Source: Octopus bimaculoides (Eukaryota). From it: a stretch of DNA of 64,000 nucleotides. Positions 60,451-64,000 of this stretch are shown piece after piece. The stretch is from positions 70,972,202 through 71,036,201 of the forward strand of contig NC_068990.1 in assembly GCF_001194135.2 (NCBI RefSeq), given 5' to 3'. The notes below the pieces were generated by a model. The model did not search any database. It saw only the letters and a program-made list of their open reading frames with translations, and was not told the origin of the DNA. A program made the position numbers and the translations under genes. Numbering within the stretch: the first letter of the stretch is position 1; every line of letters starts with the position of its first letter.

Positions 60451-61878
60451 CCTAAATATGGTAACAAAATGGTTAAACAGTCTTAACTAAGCTGTGAATT
60501 GGCAGTCATTAGAGCTTTTTGGTATAGCCTTTTATGCTTTCAGGGTCAATAAGAAACTAAAACACACACACTAGTGATCTTCAAACAAGGTCCCTCATTG
60601 GAATTTGTTCTGCAATAAGTTACAAGCACTCCCTTATCACTCCCATCATCTGAAGTGTGAATCAGTGATTGTCCCAATAGATATCTGTAATTAATAACAC
60701 TGTCATTTACAAATTGTTACTTAAAAATAAATGAATATATCATAGACCACAGCTTTCAGAGTTGTTGCACCCAAGGAAAATAAATGTAAAATATTTTAAA
60801 TAATCGATATAAATGTATTTGATGTCCACAGGAGACAAACTGCATTAATTTATGAAATAAATTGAAAGCACAGTATTGTGGCAACATTGTAAAAATGAGT
60901 GTGGCATAGTTGCTAAACTGTTTGGCTCACAATCACAAAGATATGAGTTCAATTTCTGAACCAGATGGTACATTGTGTCCTTGGGCAAGGTATTTTATTT
61001 CATGTTGCTCCTATCTGATCAACTGTAACAAAGGCTAGAACTACTCTGATACTAGTGTAGCTCCCACTACCACTATCTACCACCTCTTTTCAGTGTCTTT
61101 CTTTCTAATTTTCACATCTTGGAAGTCCTACTGAGACGAGATTTGTGGGAGACCAAAAGTGCCTGTTCATGATTGCATACACACCTAAGACAATGATACT
61201 CGGACATAGTCATGAGTCACAATGAGCTATACGTTGAATAACAACTTTAATATCAAGTTTAATATGCACACAGCATTACTTTATATGCATGCGCGCACAC
61301 ACACACACACGCAGACACTCACTCTCTTGTACACTCCATAAACACATACTCTCTCTCTCTCTCATATTCACACACTCTCTCTTCCACTCACACATCATTC
61401 ACACAGTATATACACTCATTCTCTCTCTCTCCCTCTCTCCTTTCCCACCACTTATTATTAAACTAGACAGTAACATACTTAAAAAGAAACAGCGTGTCAA
61501 ATCAGTTGGGACCAAAAGTTGTTCCAGTTAAAATATTTGAAATAATTTATTTTTCAGTCAGAGAACAAAGAGAAGCGAAATGTGGAAGAGAATCAATCAT
61601 GACTTATTTTGTTTGGTCATCACAAAAGTGTCGGGCATTGAGTTAAAGATGAGTTGAGTTTAGCCTCTCAGGTTCCATGAGGAGAGGGTGAGGTGAGATG
61701 AGAAATTACAAAGAATTTCTTCTAAATGACTAGTTTCCAAGCTGTAAGACTCTTCACAAACTGGCAGTGATTATGTCTATAGATCAGAAATCAATGTATT
61801 GATTTGATCGGATAAAAGTTTTGTTCCTCCCAAGTGTTCTAGGGAATATGTATGTGTATGAATATGCTTATATATATA

Positions 61879-61912
<34 letters not shown>

Positions 61913-62149
61913 GAGAGAGAGATAGATAGATATGTATACATTATATATGCATACATTTATACATACAGATATATATATATGCCAGTTTTAAATTGTGTCA
62001 GGCAGTGAAAATGAAAATACATACTCTATCCAGGATATATAAATATGTGCATAGTATGCATAACTATACACTCACATGTATGTGTGTGTGTGCGCAGAAA
62101 GAGAGAAACAGAGAAACAGAGAGAGAAAGGTATAGCTATAGATATATAT

Positions 62150-62460
62150 TGGTGTAGGCATGACTATGTGGTGAGAAACTTGCTTCCCAAATACATGATT
62201 CCAGGTTCAGACCTACTGTGTGGTACCTTGGGCAAGTGACTTTTATAATAACCCCAGACCAACCAAAACGTAGTCAGTGGACTTGGTAGACAAAAACTGA
62301 AAGAAGGCTGTCATATATATGTATATATAAATCTATGTGTGTGTATCTTTGTTTCTGTGTTTGTCCCCCACCACCACTTGACCTATATATGATGTAATTG
62401 ACTAGCCCCCTCCCTCAAACTTGCTGGCCTTGTGCCAAAATTTAAAATCAGTATTCTAAG
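62150..62460 (+). mobile_element. Partial family A SINE followed by a family B tail
   Basis: ccttgggcaagtgac..tgtccccaccaccacttgac then ggccttgtgccaaaattt. Confidence 0.65.
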
Positions 62461-62494
62461 TATATATACAAGTATAAATATGTATGTATATATG

Positions 62495-62888
62495 TGCTGT
62501 GTGGTAAGTAGCTTGCTTACCAACCACATGGTTCCGGGTTCAGTCCCACTGCGTGGCACCTTGGGCAAGTGTCTTCTACTATAGCCTCGGGCCGACCAAA
62601 GCCTTGTGAGTGGATTTGGTAGACGGAAACTGAAAGAAGCCTGTCGTATATATGTATATATATATGTATGTGTGTTTGTGTGTCTGTGTTTGTCCCCCCA
62701 CCATCGCTTGACAACCGATGCTGGTGTGTTTACGTCCCCGTAACTTAGTGGTTCGGCAAAAAGAGACCGATAGAATAAGTACTAGGCATACAAAGAATAA
62801 GTCCTGGGGTCGATTTTCTCGACTAAAGGCGGTGCTCCAGCATGGCCGCAGTCAAATGACTGAAACAAGTAAAAGAGTAAAAGAGTAT
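62495..62888 (+). mobile_element. Young near-complete CORE-type SINE family A
   Basis: Head, CORE ccttgggcaagtgtcttctactatagcctcggg, internal (TA/TG)n, tail with (agtaaaag) repeats. Confidence 0.92.
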
Positions 62889-63107
62889 ANNNNNNNNNNN
62901 NNNNNNNNNNNNNNNNNNNNNNNNNNNNNNNNNNNNNNNNNNNNNNNNNNNNNNNNNNNNNNNNNNNNNNNNNNNNNNNNNNNNNNNNNNNNNNNNNNNN
63001 NNNNNNNNNNNNNNNNNNNNNNNNNNNNNNNNNNNNNNNNNNNNNNNNNNNNNNNNNNNNNNNNNNNNNNNNNNNNNNNNNNNNNNNNNNNNNNNNNNNN
63101 NNNNNNN

Positions 63108-63215
63108 ATGCTAGCATGAGTTGGACGATTTGACTGAGGACTGGTGAACCAGATGGCTACACCAGGCTCCAATATGATTTGGCAGAATTTCTACAGCTGG
63201 ATGCCCTTCCTAAAG
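63108..63215 (-). mobile_element. RTE 3' UTR fragment
   Basis: gctagcatgagttggacgatttgactgagg..gatgcccttcc. Confidence 0.8.
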
Positions 63216-63228
63216 CCATATATATATA

Positions 63229-63730
63229 TCATCATTATCATCGTTTAACATCTGTTGTCCAACATGTCCATTGAAGTCACCAGCCACAAAGAGAAGATCC
63301 CTGTCATTCGTCAATGAGGTAGTCTGCAAGAGGGTGTCATAAAATCGGTCTTTCTGTCCATCAGGTAGCCCCGACCGAGGGGCATAGGCCGAGATAATGG
63401 TTGCTAACCCATGATGAAGCACTGATCTAATCTTAAGTGTTCTGTCGCATACTCTGACTACCTTGATTCCCTTTCCACCCATTTTTCTGTGCCCCACCCC
63501 ATCAGTGTTCTCTGCCCCAAAACTTTTGTACCTGTTCTTTGCCTGTGAGGAACCTAGCAGAACCTTCTCTCCACCTTACTTTTTGGAAGCAGCACATATC
63601 GACGTATCACTGTTCAAGCATCTCAACAATCTCACCAGACTTACCTTTCAATGTGCCGACATTGAGAGTGCCAACCCTGAGGGTGTGAGAGGTATGGGCC
63701 CGTGAGACCCTGGGACAGGGGACAGCAGTG
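63229..63730 (-). mobile_element. RTE APE-endonuclease 5' segment joined directly to an RTE terminus
   Basis: LRVGTLNVGTL..ISAYAP..AGDFNGHVG followed at once by gatgttaaacgatgataatgatga. Confidence 0.8.
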
Positions 63731-64000
63731 TCATGTACGCATTTAGCAGAATTCATAAACAAACAAATAATAGCCTTCAATTCAACCTGCATACACTACA
63801 CTATCATATTTTTGCACTATATGATCACTACCTTACATAGGGGATAAACCCTAATTAGGGGTGGGGATGGTGTAAAGCCTTTAGAAGTGTTAATGGGAGA
63901 CAACCAAAGGATGACAGAGGATAGGAACTTCTGGAGAATTTACACAAACAAAACAAAAGACGAAGACGGGTGTGTAAACAACAAACAACATACATATATA

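Overview
Eukaryotic, AT-rich, repeat-saturated DNA with about 15 N-gaps. The repeat families (tRNA-headed CORE-type SINEs with an internal microsatellite, RTE LINEs with (GAT)n tails) match those I know from octopus, so an Octopus genome is inferred, not verified. No intact protein-coding gene, rRNA, tRNA gene or CRISPR array is supported, and the long ORFs in the track are artefacts of N-runs and microsatellites. The window is a graveyard of mobile elements: RTE, CR1-like, Tx1/L1, Penelope-like and R4/Dong-like retroelements; Tc1, mariner, maT-like and Helitron DNA transposon remnants; SINEs; and foldback elements. The best finding is a nearly intact type-I hammerhead ribozyme (minus strand, 31585-31645) inside a 1.4-copy tandem of a 325-nt unit whose 5' end coincides with the predicted self-cleavage site, i.e. 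a retrozyme-like element. Three more Penelope-associated hammerhead or hammerhead-remnant motifs are present. Also notable are a ~830-bp inverted duplication (mariner end plus shared flank) 8 kb apart, a same-strand pile-up of five different TAA-associated R4/Dong-like LINE ends, two ~200-bp palindromes, and unverified candidate small host exons on both strands.
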